A DNA stretch of 64,000 nt from an uncultured bacterium. GTDB taxonomy: Bacteria > Omnitrophota > Gorgyraeia > Zapsychrales > Aceulaceae. The position numbers were made by a program, and so were the translations under genes. The stretch is taken from contig CALGLP010000013.1 in NCBI GenBank assembly GCA_937930175.1, positions 11,764 to 75,763 of the forward strand, read 5' to 3'. Below are positions 18,656-28,113 of the stretch, one piece after another (position 1 is the stretch's first letter; the number at the start of each line of letters is the position of its first letter). The notes below the pieces were generated by a model. That model had not been told where the DNA came from and did no database searches. It was given only the letters and a program-made list of their open reading frames with translations.

Positions 18656-18958
18656 ATGCCGACATACGATTATGAATGTTCATCTTGCGGACACGTTTTT
18701 GAGTTTTATCAATCGATGCTTGATAAGCATTTAAAGAAATGTCCAAAATGCAAGAAATTCTCTTTGCAGCGCCTCATAGGCTCTGGAAGTGGAGTTATTT
18801 TTAAGGGAAGTGGTTTTTATCAGACCGACTATAAGAATCAATCGAGTTCTTATAAAGAATCTAGCAAGGAAGAGGCAAGCTCTCATCCTTGCTCGGCCGG
18901 ATGCCCACATAAAAGTTGCCCTACCAATCCATCTTCTGGCTCAAAAAAGAAGAAATAA
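18656..18958 (+). CDS. FmdB-family zinc-ribbon protein with Ser/Lys-rich tail
   Basis: N-terminus MPTYDYECSSCGHVFE...CPKCKK matches the FmdB/CxxC_CXXC_SSSS zinc-ribbon family. Confidence 0.6.
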   Translation: MPTYDYECSSCGHVFEFYQSMLDKHLKKCPKCKKFSLQRLIGSGSGVIFKGSGFYQTDYKNQSSSYKESSKEEASSHPCSAGCPHKSCPTNPSSGSKKKK

Positions 18959-19087
18959 GCTCTAAGCCCGTTAAAAGGGCTGTGATGAAATTCTTAAGAT
19001 TTTGGTTTCTTGTCATTTCTTATTCTGCTATGATTTTTGATGTCTTAAGATTGTTGCATCCTCAACCCATGCTTAAGCTGTAAAACT

Positions 19088-20356
19088 ATGGCGCAAATAA
19101 GACCTTTTAAAGCTGTTTATTATAATCCTGCGAAGATCGATAACATGTCTCAGGTGGTTTGTCCGCCCTATGATGTGATCTCTCCCAAGGACCAAGTTGC
19201 CTTTCATCAAGCACATCCGTATAATTATATTCGTATTTTGCTTGGGCTTGAGAAAGCATCTGATAATGGCCATGATAATAAATATACACGCGCCAAGAAG
19301 ACGTTTACAGAGTGGGTTGAGAAGAATATTCTGATTCAGGACGATAAGCCGTGTTTCTATATCTATAAGCAAGAATATAAGGTTTTTGGCGAGAAAAAAG
19401 CACGTGTTGGTTTCTTAGCCCTGATGCGCCTTAACGACAAGGAGCAAGCAAAGATTTTTCCGCATGAAAACACCCACATGGCTGCCAAGGTTGATCGTCT
19501 TCGTCTTTTACGTAATGCTAGGGCGAGTCTGTGCCCAATTTTTGTGTGTTATTCTGATCGCTATAAGAGAATTGATACCATTTTCCAGGATTATATCCAT
19601 CAGCAGAAGCCTTTTGTTGACGTAATGGATCAGGACAGCGTTCATCATCTTCTTTGGCGCATGGAAGATCCTCTGCTTATTGAGCAGGTTGAAAACTTAA
19701 TGGCGGATCAAGCGTTGTTTATCGCCGATGGCCATCATCGCTATGAAGTGGCGGTGGAATACCGTAAGTTGCGACTTCAGGGCAAGAAGCGTTCAACGGG
19801 AAAAGAACCGTTTAATTATTTGATGACTTACTTTACTAATCTTGAGTCCAAGGAGCTTGTGATCCTGCCGATTCATCGCGTTGTCAAAAAGTTACCTAAG
19901 AATCTTGATTTCTTGGAGGAATTTTTTAGGGTTGATCGAGTCAGTAGCATGGATGAGCTTAAGATTCTTTTGGCACGGGCTGGCAAGAACGAGAACGCCT
20001 TTGGGTTATATATGCGTGGGGGGATAAAGCTGCTAAGGCTTAAAAATAAAACACTTATTGATCAGCACATTCAGGAGGGTAGCAAGGATTATCGAAGCCT
20101 TGATGCTACGATTTTAAAATATTTTATTTTTGATCGTATCAAAGTTGCCAGCGAGAATATTATTTATAAAAAAGATTTGAAAGAAGCCGTGGATATGGTT
20201 GAGGCGAGCGAAGCAGCAGCCTGTTTTATTCTTAATCCCATTCATGTTGACCAACTCAAGGCTGTGGCCCTTAATGGCGAACGCATGCCTCCCAAAACAA
20301 CATATTTCTATCCTAAAGTTTTATCTGGTCTCACTGTTTACACAATGGATGAATAG
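19088..20356 (+). CDS. DUF1015-family protein
   Basis: MAQIRPFKAVYYNP... N-terminus and about 420 aa length are typical of the DUF1015 family. Confidence 0.55.
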   Translation: MAQIRPFKAVYYNPAKIDNMSQVVCPPYDVISPKDQVAFHQAHPYNYIRILLGLEKASDNGHDNKYTRAKKTFTEWVEKNILIQDDKPCFYIYKQEYKVFGEKKARVGFLALMRLNDKEQAKIFPHENTHMAAKVDRLRLLRNARASLCPIFVCYSDRYKRIDTIFQDYIHQQKPFVDVMDQDSVHHLLWRMEDPLLIEQVENLMADQALFIADGHHRYEVAVEYRKLRLQGKKRSTGKEPFNYLMTYFTNLESKELVILPIHRVVKKLPKNLDFLEEFFRVDRVSSMDELKILLARAGKNENAFGLYMRGGIKLLRLKNKTLIDQHIQEGSKDYRSLDATILKYFIFDRIKVASENIIYKKDLKEAVDMVEASEAAACFILNPIHVDQLKAVALNGERMPPKTTYFYPKVLSGLTVYTMDE

Positions 20357-20373
20357 AGAGGTAGTTTTTTCCG

Positions 20374-21219
20374 ATGGCCCTTTTTGGAAAAGAAAAATAT
20401 ACGCTTGTTAAAGTACGCAAGAAGCTTATTCCCGATGGCCTATGGGTTCAGTGTCCTGAGTGCCAGGCTCCGCATTATAAAAAGACATTAAAAGATAATC
20501 TCAATGTTTGCCCTAAATGTGCTTATCATCTTCAGCTTACAGCTTGGGAGCGCATTGAGTTGATGATCGATCCAGAAACTTTTCAAGAGCATGATGCTTC
20601 GTTGACTTCCGTTGATCCTTTAAAGTTTGAAGGCCCAAAAACATATCAGGAAAAGCTTGCTGGCGACCAAGAAGCCACAGGATTGAAAGATGCGGTGATC
20701 ACCGGCACAGGAAAGCTCAATGGCCTGGATGTTGCTTTGGCCGTAACAGATTCGCGTTTTATTATGGGATCTATGGGGTCAGTGGTCGGGGAACGGATTA
20801 CGCGTATTATTGAACATGGAACCGCGCATCGCTTGCCGGTTGTTATTATTTCTGGTTCTGGTGGAGGCGCGCGTATGTATGAAGGTATGTTTTCTCTGAT
20901 GCAAATGGCCAAGACTTGTGCGGCTTTGGGACACCATCATCGCGCGGGGTTGCTTCATATTTCTGTTCTGACCAATCCTACTATGGCGGGGATTATGGCA
21001 TCTTTTGCAGGGGTTGGCGATATTATTATGGCAGAACCTAGAGCCTTGATTGGTTTTGCTGGCCCTCGCGTGATTGAACAAACCATTCGTCAGAAACTCC
21101 CCGAGGGTTTCCAAAGATCAGAATTTCTTTTAGATCATGGGCTCATCGACATGATTGTTGATCGCAAGGATCTCAAGGAAACCATTTCTAAGATTATTCG
21201 CTATACGCAGAAAAGCTAA
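20374..21219 (+). CDS. accD: Acetyl-CoA carboxylase carboxyltransferase subunit beta
   Basis: N-terminal Zn ribbon (CPECQAPHYKK...CPKCAYH), followed by a carboxyltransferase domain. Confidence 0.9.
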   Translation: MALFGKEKYTLVKVRKKLIPDGLWVQCPECQAPHYKKTLKDNLNVCPKCAYHLQLTAWERIELMIDPETFQEHDASLTSVDPLKFEGPKTYQEKLAGDQEATGLKDAVITGTGKLNGLDVALAVTDSRFIMGSMGSVVGERITRIIEHGTAHRLPVVIISGSGGGARMYEGMFSLMQMAKTCAALGHHHRAGLLHISVLTNPTMAGIMASFAGVGDIIMAEPRALIGFAGPRVIEQTIRQKLPEGFQRSEFLLDHGLIDMIVDRKDLKETISKIIRYTQKS

Positions 21220-21307
21220 AAACGATTGGCGTAAAAACATTCCATTTCTTGCTCAAAGGTATTTTGTTATAATAAAAACTTATTATTATTAGCAAGGGCA
21301 TTCTTGT

Positions 21308-22411
21308 ATGGCACATATCATACTCAAAGACGTTAACAAGGTTTATCAAGGGAACGTCAAGGCTGTTATTGATGTTAATCTTTCGATCAAGGATAATGAA
21401 TTCTTGGTCCTTGTTGGTCCCTCGGGCTGCGGAAAATCGACAACCCTACGCATGATCGCGGGCTTAGAAGAAATCTCTCAAGGTACGATCCAAATTGATA
21501 ATCGTATTGTCAACGATGTCCCAGCCAAGAATCGGGATATTGCCATGGTTTTTCAAAATTATGCGCTCTATCCCCATATGACGGTTTTTGAAAATATGTC
21601 GTTTGGTCTTCGGCTTCGAAAATATCCTCAGGAAGAAATTCAAAGACGTGTGCATGAGGCTGCTGAAATTTTAAATATTAAGCATCTTCTTGCACGACGT
21701 CCACGTGAGCTTTCCGGTGGTGAGCGTCAGCGCGTTGCTGTGGGGCGCGCGATTGTCAGGAAACCAAAAGTTTTTTTATTTGACGAGCCTTTAAGCAATT
21801 TGGACGCCAAAATGCGGGTGCAAATGCGCACAGAAATTCATAAGTTGCGATTACGTCTGCAAACAACGTTTGTGTACGTTACCCATGATCAAACCGAGGC
21901 CATGACTTTAGGGGATCGCATTGCGGTGATGAAAGATGGTTTGATCCAGCAATGTGCTGATCCGATGACGATTTATGATCATCCTGTGAATAAATTTGTT
22001 GCTGGGTTTATTGGTTTTCCCCCGATCAATGTGATGCAGGGGAAGATTGTTCGACGTGGCGGAAAATTGTATTTTTCTGAGGGCAATTTTCAGGTCAAAT
22101 TGGTGGATAGCATGATTCCTGTCTTAGCTTCCTATGAGGGCAAGGAAGTGACCTTTGGCGTTCGTGCCGAAGATGTTTATGATAAGCTTTTCGTTTCTGA
22201 ATCGTCGCCGGACAACACGATCAATGCGATTTGTGAAGTCATTGAGCCCTTGGGATCAGAAGTGTATTTATATCTAAACACAGGACGGCATAATTTCATT
22301 GCACGCGTTGGTGCGCATAATCGACCAGAGGTTAATCGTGAGATGAGTTTAGTGTTTGATATGAATAAGGTGCATTTCTTTGACCCAACAACAGAACAAA
22401 CTATTATTTAA
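21308..22411 (+). CDS. ABC transporter ATP-binding protein, MalK/UgpC/MsmX-like (orphan; no adjacent permease)
   Basis: Walker A GPSGCGKST, signature LSGGERQRVAVGRA, Walker B FLFDEPLSNLD, and a C-terminal MalK-type regulatory domain. Confidence 0.85.
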   Translation: MAHIILKDVNKVYQGNVKAVIDVNLSIKDNEFLVLVGPSGCGKSTTLRMIAGLEEISQGTIQIDNRIVNDVPAKNRDIAMVFQNYALYPHMTVFENMSFGLRLRKYPQEEIQRRVHEAAEILNIKHLLARRPRELSGGERQRVAVGRAIVRKPKVFLFDEPLSNLDAKMRVQMRTEIHKLRLRLQTTFVYVTHDQTEAMTLGDRIAVMKDGLIQQCADPMTIYDHPVNKFVAGFIGFPPINVMQGKIVRRGGKLYFSEGNFQVKLVDSMIPVLASYEGKEVTFGVRAEDVYDKLFVSESSPDNTINAICEVIEPLGSEVYLYLNTGRHNFIARVGAHNRPEVNREMSLVFDMNKVHFFDPTTEQTII

Positions 22412-23672
22412 TAAGTCGTTTTGGCCCTTAACTATTCTTGTAGTTTTGTTGGTATCTTTTTTTGTCTACGCTGTCAAAATTGACGTACGTTTTTTCCCCC
22501 TCATCGTTATCCTCCAAATCATCACGCTAGGCATTTTGCTTTATTTTCGTTCGTATTTTGAGAATGAAATGACATCAATTAAGCTTAAGAAAGAAGAATA
22601 TCTGGAGCAGATCAATCTTTTCAGTGCGGAGATCGAAAAAGAAAATAATGCCCAGCGTTCTCTCTTTGAACGTGTTGAGGCGTATTCGAAGCTCAAAAGC
22701 TTAGCGGAGAAGTTGAGTCTCTGCGCGACCTGCGCTCAAGCCGCAGAGATTCTTGGCCAGAGGACCGATGAGCTTTTTGGCCAGCATGATACCACGACCC
22801 TTCTTTATCTTTTTCATGTTAAGACTGGCGATTTTGGTCTTGCGTTTGCCATGAAGGCAGGGAGCAAGGTGGAGATTCGGTCAAAAAAAGGCGACACGTT
22901 CGATCATTGGATCATTAAAAATTTAAAACCTTTGTTGGTTGAAAACACAAAGAATGATTTTCGCTTTGATGCCACAAAAAGTTTTTCGCAGAAAGAAGAG
23001 CGATTGTGTTTATCGTTGATCGCGGTTCCGTTGTTCGTGGGTAATAAAGCGCTAGGGATTTTGCGCGTCGATAGCCCTAGTGAACATCATTTTACAACAG
23101 ATGATCTGCGTTTTCTTTCTCGCATTGCCGATCTGGGTGCGGTTGCCATGGAAAGCGCTCAACTTTATGAGCATGTTCAGGATTTAGCGATGAAAGATAG
23201 CTTAACGGGTCTTTATCTTCGGCGGCATCTGATGGATCGTATGAACGAGGAGCTTTCGCGTCAATTGCGGCGCAAGAAAGAGTTGTCTTTTCTAATGATG
23301 GACTTGGATTATTTTAAGAAGTATAACGATCGTTTTGGGCATATTGCTGGTGATCTTGTGTTAAAGAAGTTAAGTGAAATTCTTGTGAAACATTTTCAGC
23401 ATCCGGGGAATATTATTTGCCGCTATGGCGGGGAAGAGTTTGCTTTGATGCTTCCCGATTGTTCGAAGGAGGAGGCGCTTAAGCGCGCCGAAGATTTTCG
23501 TCAAGAAGTTGAAGGGACGGATATTTCTTTACGTCGAGAAAAAACACATATCACTATTTCGATTGGCGTTGCGAGCTTTCCTTCGGATGCTCAAATCAAG
23601 GAAGAGCTTATTCATAAGGCGGATCAGGCTTTGTATCAGGCAAAACGACAAGGAAGAAATCAGGTATGTTGA
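22380..23672 (+). CDS. Membrane-anchored GAF-GGDEF diguanylate cyclase (GGEEF active site; no RxxD I-site)
   Basis: Two N-terminal TM helices, GAF-like middle, and GGDEF domain with RYGGEEFALMLPD. Confidence 0.85.
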   Translation: MTQQQNKLLFNKSFWPLTILVVLLVSFFVYAVKIDVRFFPLIVILQIITLGILLYFRSYFENEMTSIKLKKEEYLEQINLFSAEIEKENNAQRSLFERVEAYSKLKSLAEKLSLCATCAQAAEILGQRTDELFGQHDTTTLLYLFHVKTGDFGLAFAMKAGSKVEIRSKKGDTFDHWIIKNLKPLLVENTKNDFRFDATKSFSQKEERLCLSLIAVPLFVGNKALGILRVDSPSEHHFTTDDLRFLSRIADLGAVAMESAQLYEHVQDLAMKDSLTGLYLRRHLMDRMNEELSRQLRRKKELSFLMMDLDYFKKYNDRFGHIAGDLVLKKLSEILVKHFQHPGNIICRYGGEEFALMLPDCSKEEALKRAEDFRQEVEGTDISLRREKTHITISIGVASFPSDAQIKEELIHKADQALYQAKRQGRNQVC

Positions 23673-24694
23673 CGGTCGTCTTTTTAATAGCAATTTTCTT
23701 TGTTGCCCTTGTTTTTTATTTTGTGCGCACATGGGTGTTTGACATCCGCGAACAAGAGCTTGAGAGGCTTTATCGTCTTCGTAATCATGTTGAAGAGGTG
23801 ATGAACCAAAAGACTAGCGTTGTGATGCAGAGAACCTTAATGGCTAAAAAGGCAGAAGAGATGTTTACTCTTTATGATATGACTAAGGAAATCACCAAGA
23901 AGTCGCATGAGCAAGAGGCCTTTGATGTTTTTCGTTCTACATTAAAAGCAAATGTTTCTTTTGACGATTGTCGATTGATTCAGGCTGAAGGGGACCGCCG
24001 CAAACAAATCATGGATCCCAAGGAATATCTTGTTTTTCCTATCCGCGGACATCAAAGTCTTTTGGGGCATATCGGTATTAAGGGATTATTGGAAAAGGAT
24101 AAGGATAAATTTATTATTTTGGCGCATCAATTTGCTTTGGCCTTACAGCGTGTCAAGCTTTACCAGGAAGTTGAGCAATCAGCGATTACGGATAGCCTGA
24201 CAGGGACCCATACGCGACGTTATTTGATGGATAGGCTTGAAGAAGAGTTAGGGCGCTCAGGGGTGCATAGCATGGCTTTGTCGTTCTTGATGATTGATGT
24301 TGACCATTTTAAAAGTTTTAATGATCAGCATGGGCATTTGGTAGGTGATCAGGTTTTGCGCGCAATTAGTTTGATCATCGAAGAGAATATTCGCGAGATT
24401 GATTATTTGGGACGATATGGCGGCGAGGAATTCTGTGCTGTCTTGCCTGATACGGATTTAGATGGAGCTTTTTTTGTTGCGGAGCGTATTCGTAAAGCGA
24501 TTGAAGAGGCCGGCATCGACGCGTATGATACAAAACTGAAAGTGACGGTCAGCATTGGAATCGCAACCTTTCCCGCAGACGCAAAAAGTTCTCTTGAGCT
24601 CATGGACAAAGCCGACTGTGCTCTTTATCGTTCTAAGAAGCGTGGTCGTAATTGTGTGACCTCTTTTGGAAGCTATCATGAAAAAGCTTCTTAA
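23666..24694 (+). CDS. Membrane-anchored GAF-GGDEF diguanylate cyclase (GGEEF; I-site REID present)
   Basis: N-terminal TM, GAF-like region, IREIDYLGRYGGEEFCAVLPD. Start overlaps the upstream paralogue by 7 nt. Confidence 0.85.
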   Translation: MLTVVFLIAIFFVALVFYFVRTWVFDIREQELERLYRLRNHVEEVMNQKTSVVMQRTLMAKKAEEMFTLYDMTKEITKKSHEQEAFDVFRSTLKANVSFDDCRLIQAEGDRRKQIMDPKEYLVFPIRGHQSLLGHIGIKGLLEKDKDKFIILAHQFALALQRVKLYQEVEQSAITDSLTGTHTRRYLMDRLEEELGRSGVHSMALSFLMIDVDHFKSFNDQHGHLVGDQVLRAISLIIEENIREIDYLGRYGGEEFCAVLPDTDLDGAFFVAERIRKAIEEAGIDAYDTKLKVTVSIGIATFPADAKSSLELMDKADCALYRSKKRGRNCVTSFGSYHEKAS

Positions 24695-24824
24695 TAATAT
24701 TTATTATTATAAATATATATTATACTGTAAGTAGTTTTATGACTTCTTATGATGGGTTTCTGGTCTTGTTAAATCTTTACATTTTCTTGAACGGAATCCT
24801 TTTTTCAGGTAAAATAACGTCTCT

Positions 24825-25757
24825 ATGGATCATTATGTTATCGGTATCGATGTCGGCGGTACAAATATTAAGCTAGGCTTGGTTGATAAAAAAGGCATGA
24901 TCCGGGCTCGAGTGCATTTGTCTACGAAGGATTTTCTTTATAGCAAACAAGGGCTCGTGGATGCGATCATCTTGGGCTGTCAGAAAATCCTGAAGGAAAA
25001 TCAAATAAAGAAATCTGATGTTTCAGGGATTGGCATTGGGTTGCCTGGCCTTGTGAATACAAAAAAAGGCCTGGTGTATTCTTTGACTAACATTCCTGGA
25101 TGGAAGAATGTTCCTCTTAAAAAGATTATCGAGAAAAGATTAAAGATCCCTGCCTTTATTGATAACGATGTCAATGTCATTACTCTTGCAGAGTGGAAAT
25201 ATGGAGCAGCCCGGGGCATGAAGAATATGGTGTGTATCACGATTGGGACGGGTTTAGGCGGTGGATTAATCATTGATGGTCAGCTTTATCGTGGGGAAGG
25301 TTTTGCGGCTGGTGAACTTGGGCATATGCCTATTAATGAAAAAGGACAGCGATGTAATTGTGGGGGGTGGGGGTGCCTGGAAACCTATGCTGGCAATCGT
25401 TATCTTGCTGTGCAGGCGCGAAAGATTTTTCATAAAAACATAACCTTAGAAGAAATAACTGATAAAGCTTATCAAGGTCATCGGCAGGCGATTCTTTTTT
25501 GGAAAGAAGTTGCTGAGCACATTGGTAATGGCTTGACAGGTGCGGTTAATCTTTTAAATCCACGTTGTATTGTGATTGGTGGCGGTATTGCTAACGCGCA
25601 TCAGCATATGTTTAAAACAATCCGGGAGACAATCAAAAAACGAGCCATGCATGTGCAGGGCAAGATGGTTAGAGTTTTTAAATCAAGGCTTGGTAGTGAT
25701 GCCGGGATTATCGGGACATGTGTTTTGGTGAAGGAGATGCTTGGTCAGCATGGATAA
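24825..25757 (+). CDS. glk: ROK-family glucokinase
   Basis: IGIDVGGTNIKLGL, ROK zinc motif CNCGGWGCLE. Confidence 0.8.
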   Translation: MDHYVIGIDVGGTNIKLGLVDKKGMIRARVHLSTKDFLYSKQGLVDAIILGCQKILKENQIKKSDVSGIGIGLPGLVNTKKGLVYSLTNIPGWKNVPLKKIIEKRLKIPAFIDNDVNVITLAEWKYGAARGMKNMVCITIGTGLGGGLIIDGQLYRGEGFAAGELGHMPINEKGQRCNCGGWGCLETYAGNRYLAVQARKIFHKNITLEEITDKAYQGHRQAILFWKEVAEHIGNGLTGAVNLLNPRCIVIGGGIANAHQHMFKTIRETIKKRAMHVQGKMVRVFKSRLGSDAGIIGTCVLVKEMLGQHG

Positions 25758-28113
25758 ACGATTTCTTAAAATTATTTTTTCTGTATTTTTCTTTTGTTTT
25801 GTCGTTTTTGATTTTATCGAAGCGCAAACTTCCATGGATGCTAATGCTACGATTGGCGTTCCAGAGCAGCTTTCCGTAAATCAACAAGCTCCGACCAGCT
25901 TGGAACAGCACACAGTTCATCCTTCAGAAGAGGCAGTGATCTCCGCTGAAGAATCTCTCCAGCCTGCTGTCGCGGAGAATCAACCATCAGAAAGTTTGAA
26001 ACAAGTTGATCCTCTTTTGCCTGTTGCGGATGGCACACAAGGATCACTTGAGCCCGTTGAGATTGATGGGGATAATGTGGAGTTTATGCAGGAGGAAAAT
26101 AAGGTTGTTATTGATGGTCATGTTTCGATTGTCAAAGGAGACACGACTCTGCGAGCTGATCATATGGAGTATTTTCATGCAACGAAGCTCGCGACGGCCA
26201 AAGGACATGTTATCTTGTCTCACGCCCAAGGGGAGATTAGAGGAGATGCTCTGACGTTTAATTTTGGAACCATGACAGGTGATTTTCAGGGCGCCACCAT
26301 CGTGACCAAGCCCTACTATGGAAAAAGCGAGTTCATTTCAAAAGTCGATGAAAAGAGAATTGAGATGACACGTGGTTATATCACAACTTGTGATTTAGAC
26401 AAACCTCATTATAAAATGTATGCGAAAAAGGTCACCATGTACCCTGGCGACAAGGTTAAGATGCAGAGCTTGCGCATGGTCGTTGGGAAACTTCCGTTAT
26501 TTTATCTTCCTGAAATGACGCAGGTCATTAATAGTAAAAAGCCCATGGTGGTGTATACGCCTGGCTATGACAAGGATTGGGGGGCGTTTCTTTTAACGAC
26601 ATGGAGTTATTATTTTAATGACAATTTCAAAGGAAAAATTCATCTTGATTATCGGGAGAAAAAAGATTTTGCCAGTGGGATTGACTTAAATTATAAGATT
26701 CCAGGATATGGGGAAGGTTTGATCAAGACGTATTATATGAATGAGCGTAATCTCGTCGATCGTATTTGGGAGTCGAGGACAACGCCCACGGTAGAGCGTG
26801 AGCGCTTTAAAGCGCAATGGCGTCATCAATGGCAGGTTGATAAAACATCTCAGGTTGTTTTGCAATATTATAAGTTAAGCGATCAAGATTTCTTAAAGGA
26901 TTATTTTGAAAGAGAAAATGATCGTGATCCAGAGCCAGATACATACTTTTTGTTTACCAAAAATCTTGATAAGGGGACCTTTAGCTTTCGCCTGGATAAG
27001 CGGGTTAATCGTTTTTTCTCGAGTGTGGAGCGCTTGCCGGAGCTTGGCTATACCCTTAGTAATCAGCAAATCGCTAATTCGAATTTTTATCTTGAAAGCA
27101 ATACTTTGCTCTCAAGCCTTCAGTATCCTAGCGCTTCTCCTTCAGACGTCAAGCCGCATACGGTACGTCTTGACCTCGTTAATCGCATTTCGTATCCTAC
27201 GAAGGTAGGCTTTGTTGAATTTACGCCATTTGTTGGACAGCGAGAGACATTTTATACAAGGACTAAAGATGGAGATCAATCGGATATCATTCGAAGTATT
27301 TTTGAGACAGGGGCGGTTTTTAGTACTAAGTTTTACAAGACATTTGATGTTGAAGGCGATTTTTGGGGGATGACGATCCATAAGTTGAGGCATATTATTA
27401 ATCCTAAAGTCCAGTATCAATATATTAACGCGCCAACCTTTCCTTCGGATAAGCTTGATATTTATGACAGCACCATTGATAATATTGTGCAAGGACATAA
27501 GGTTAAATTTTCTTTGGAAAATCGATTTCAAACAAAGCGTAACAAGCAAAATGTTGATTTATTGCGCATCATCGCTGAAACAGATTTTCTTTTAAAAGAA
27601 GATCAAACAAATGATGGCACAGGAACGCCTACGACGATCTCCAAGGGTGGTTTTAATACGGTTAAAACCGATGTGGAATTTAGGCCGATGGATTGGCTCA
27701 CTTTTCATAGCGATAGCGACTATAGTGCTCAAGAGGCAGAGTTGACCTCTGCTAATTTTGAGATTTATCTTAATCATGGTAAAAAGTGGGGCGTGAGTCT
27801 TGGGAAGCGTTATCATGTGGATGTCGATGATGAGATCACAGGGCAGCTTTCTTACATGATCAATCCCAAATGGCGATTTTCTGTTTATGAGCGTTTTGAC
27901 GTTGGGGGCGGGGGGCAGAAAGAGCAGGAGTATACAATCACCCGTGACTTGCATTGCTGGGAAGTGGATCTTAGCTTTAATGAGACGATCAACGAGGGAA
28001 GCGAAATATGGATGATTTTTCGTCTTAAGGCTTTTCCTGATGATTCTCTTAAGTTGTTTGGGGCGAACTTTAATCGAAGCAAATCTGGATCGCACGCAGG
28101 CGAGGACAACTAA
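25750..28113 (+). CDS. lptD: LPS-assembly protein LptD (OstA family)
   Basis: Signal peptide. N-terminal OstA/LptA-like jellyroll (VEFMQEENKVVIDGHVSIVKGDTTLRADHMEYFH...ILSHAQGEIRGDALTFNF). Large C-terminal barrel region. Confidence 0.75.
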   Translation: MDKRFLKIIFSVFFFCFVVFDFIEAQTSMDANATIGVPEQLSVNQQAPTSLEQHTVHPSEEAVISAEESLQPAVAENQPSESLKQVDPLLPVADGTQGSLEPVEIDGDNVEFMQEENKVVIDGHVSIVKGDTTLRADHMEYFHATKLATAKGHVILSHAQGEIRGDALTFNFGTMTGDFQGATIVTKPYYGKSEFISKVDEKRIEMTRGYITTCDLDKPHYKMYAKKVTMYPGDKVKMQSLRMVVGKLPLFYLPEMTQVINSKKPMVVYTPGYDKDWGAFLLTTWSYYFNDNFKGKIHLDYREKKDFASGIDLNYKIPGYGEGLIKTYYMNERNLVDRIWESRTTPTVERERFKAQWRHQWQVDKTSQVVLQYYKLSDQDFLKDYFERENDRDPEPDTYFLFTKNLDKGTFSFRLDKRVNRFFSSVERLPELGYTLSNQQIANSNFYLESNTLLSSLQYPSASPSDVKPHTVRLDLVNRISYPTKVGFVEFTPFVGQRETFYTRTKDGDQSDIIRSIFETGAVFSTKFYKTFDVEGDFWGMTIHKLRHIINPKVQYQYINAPTFPSDKLDIYDSTIDNIVQGHKVKFSLENRFQTKRNKQNVDLLRIIAETDFLLKEDQTNDGTGTPTTISKGGFNTVKTDVEFRPMDWLTFHSDSDYSAQEAELTSANFEIYLNHGKKWGVSLGKRYHVDVDDEITGQLSYMINPKWRFSVYERFDVGGGGQKEQEYTITRDLHCWEVDLSFNETINEGSEIWMIFRLKAFPDDSLKLFGANFNRSKSGSHAGEDN

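Noticed and set aside
18959-19087. Hairpin GCCCGTTAAAAGGGC after the FmdB-like gene, considered as a terminator
   Set aside because: Short 4-5 bp stem with no U-tract, so I did not annotate it.
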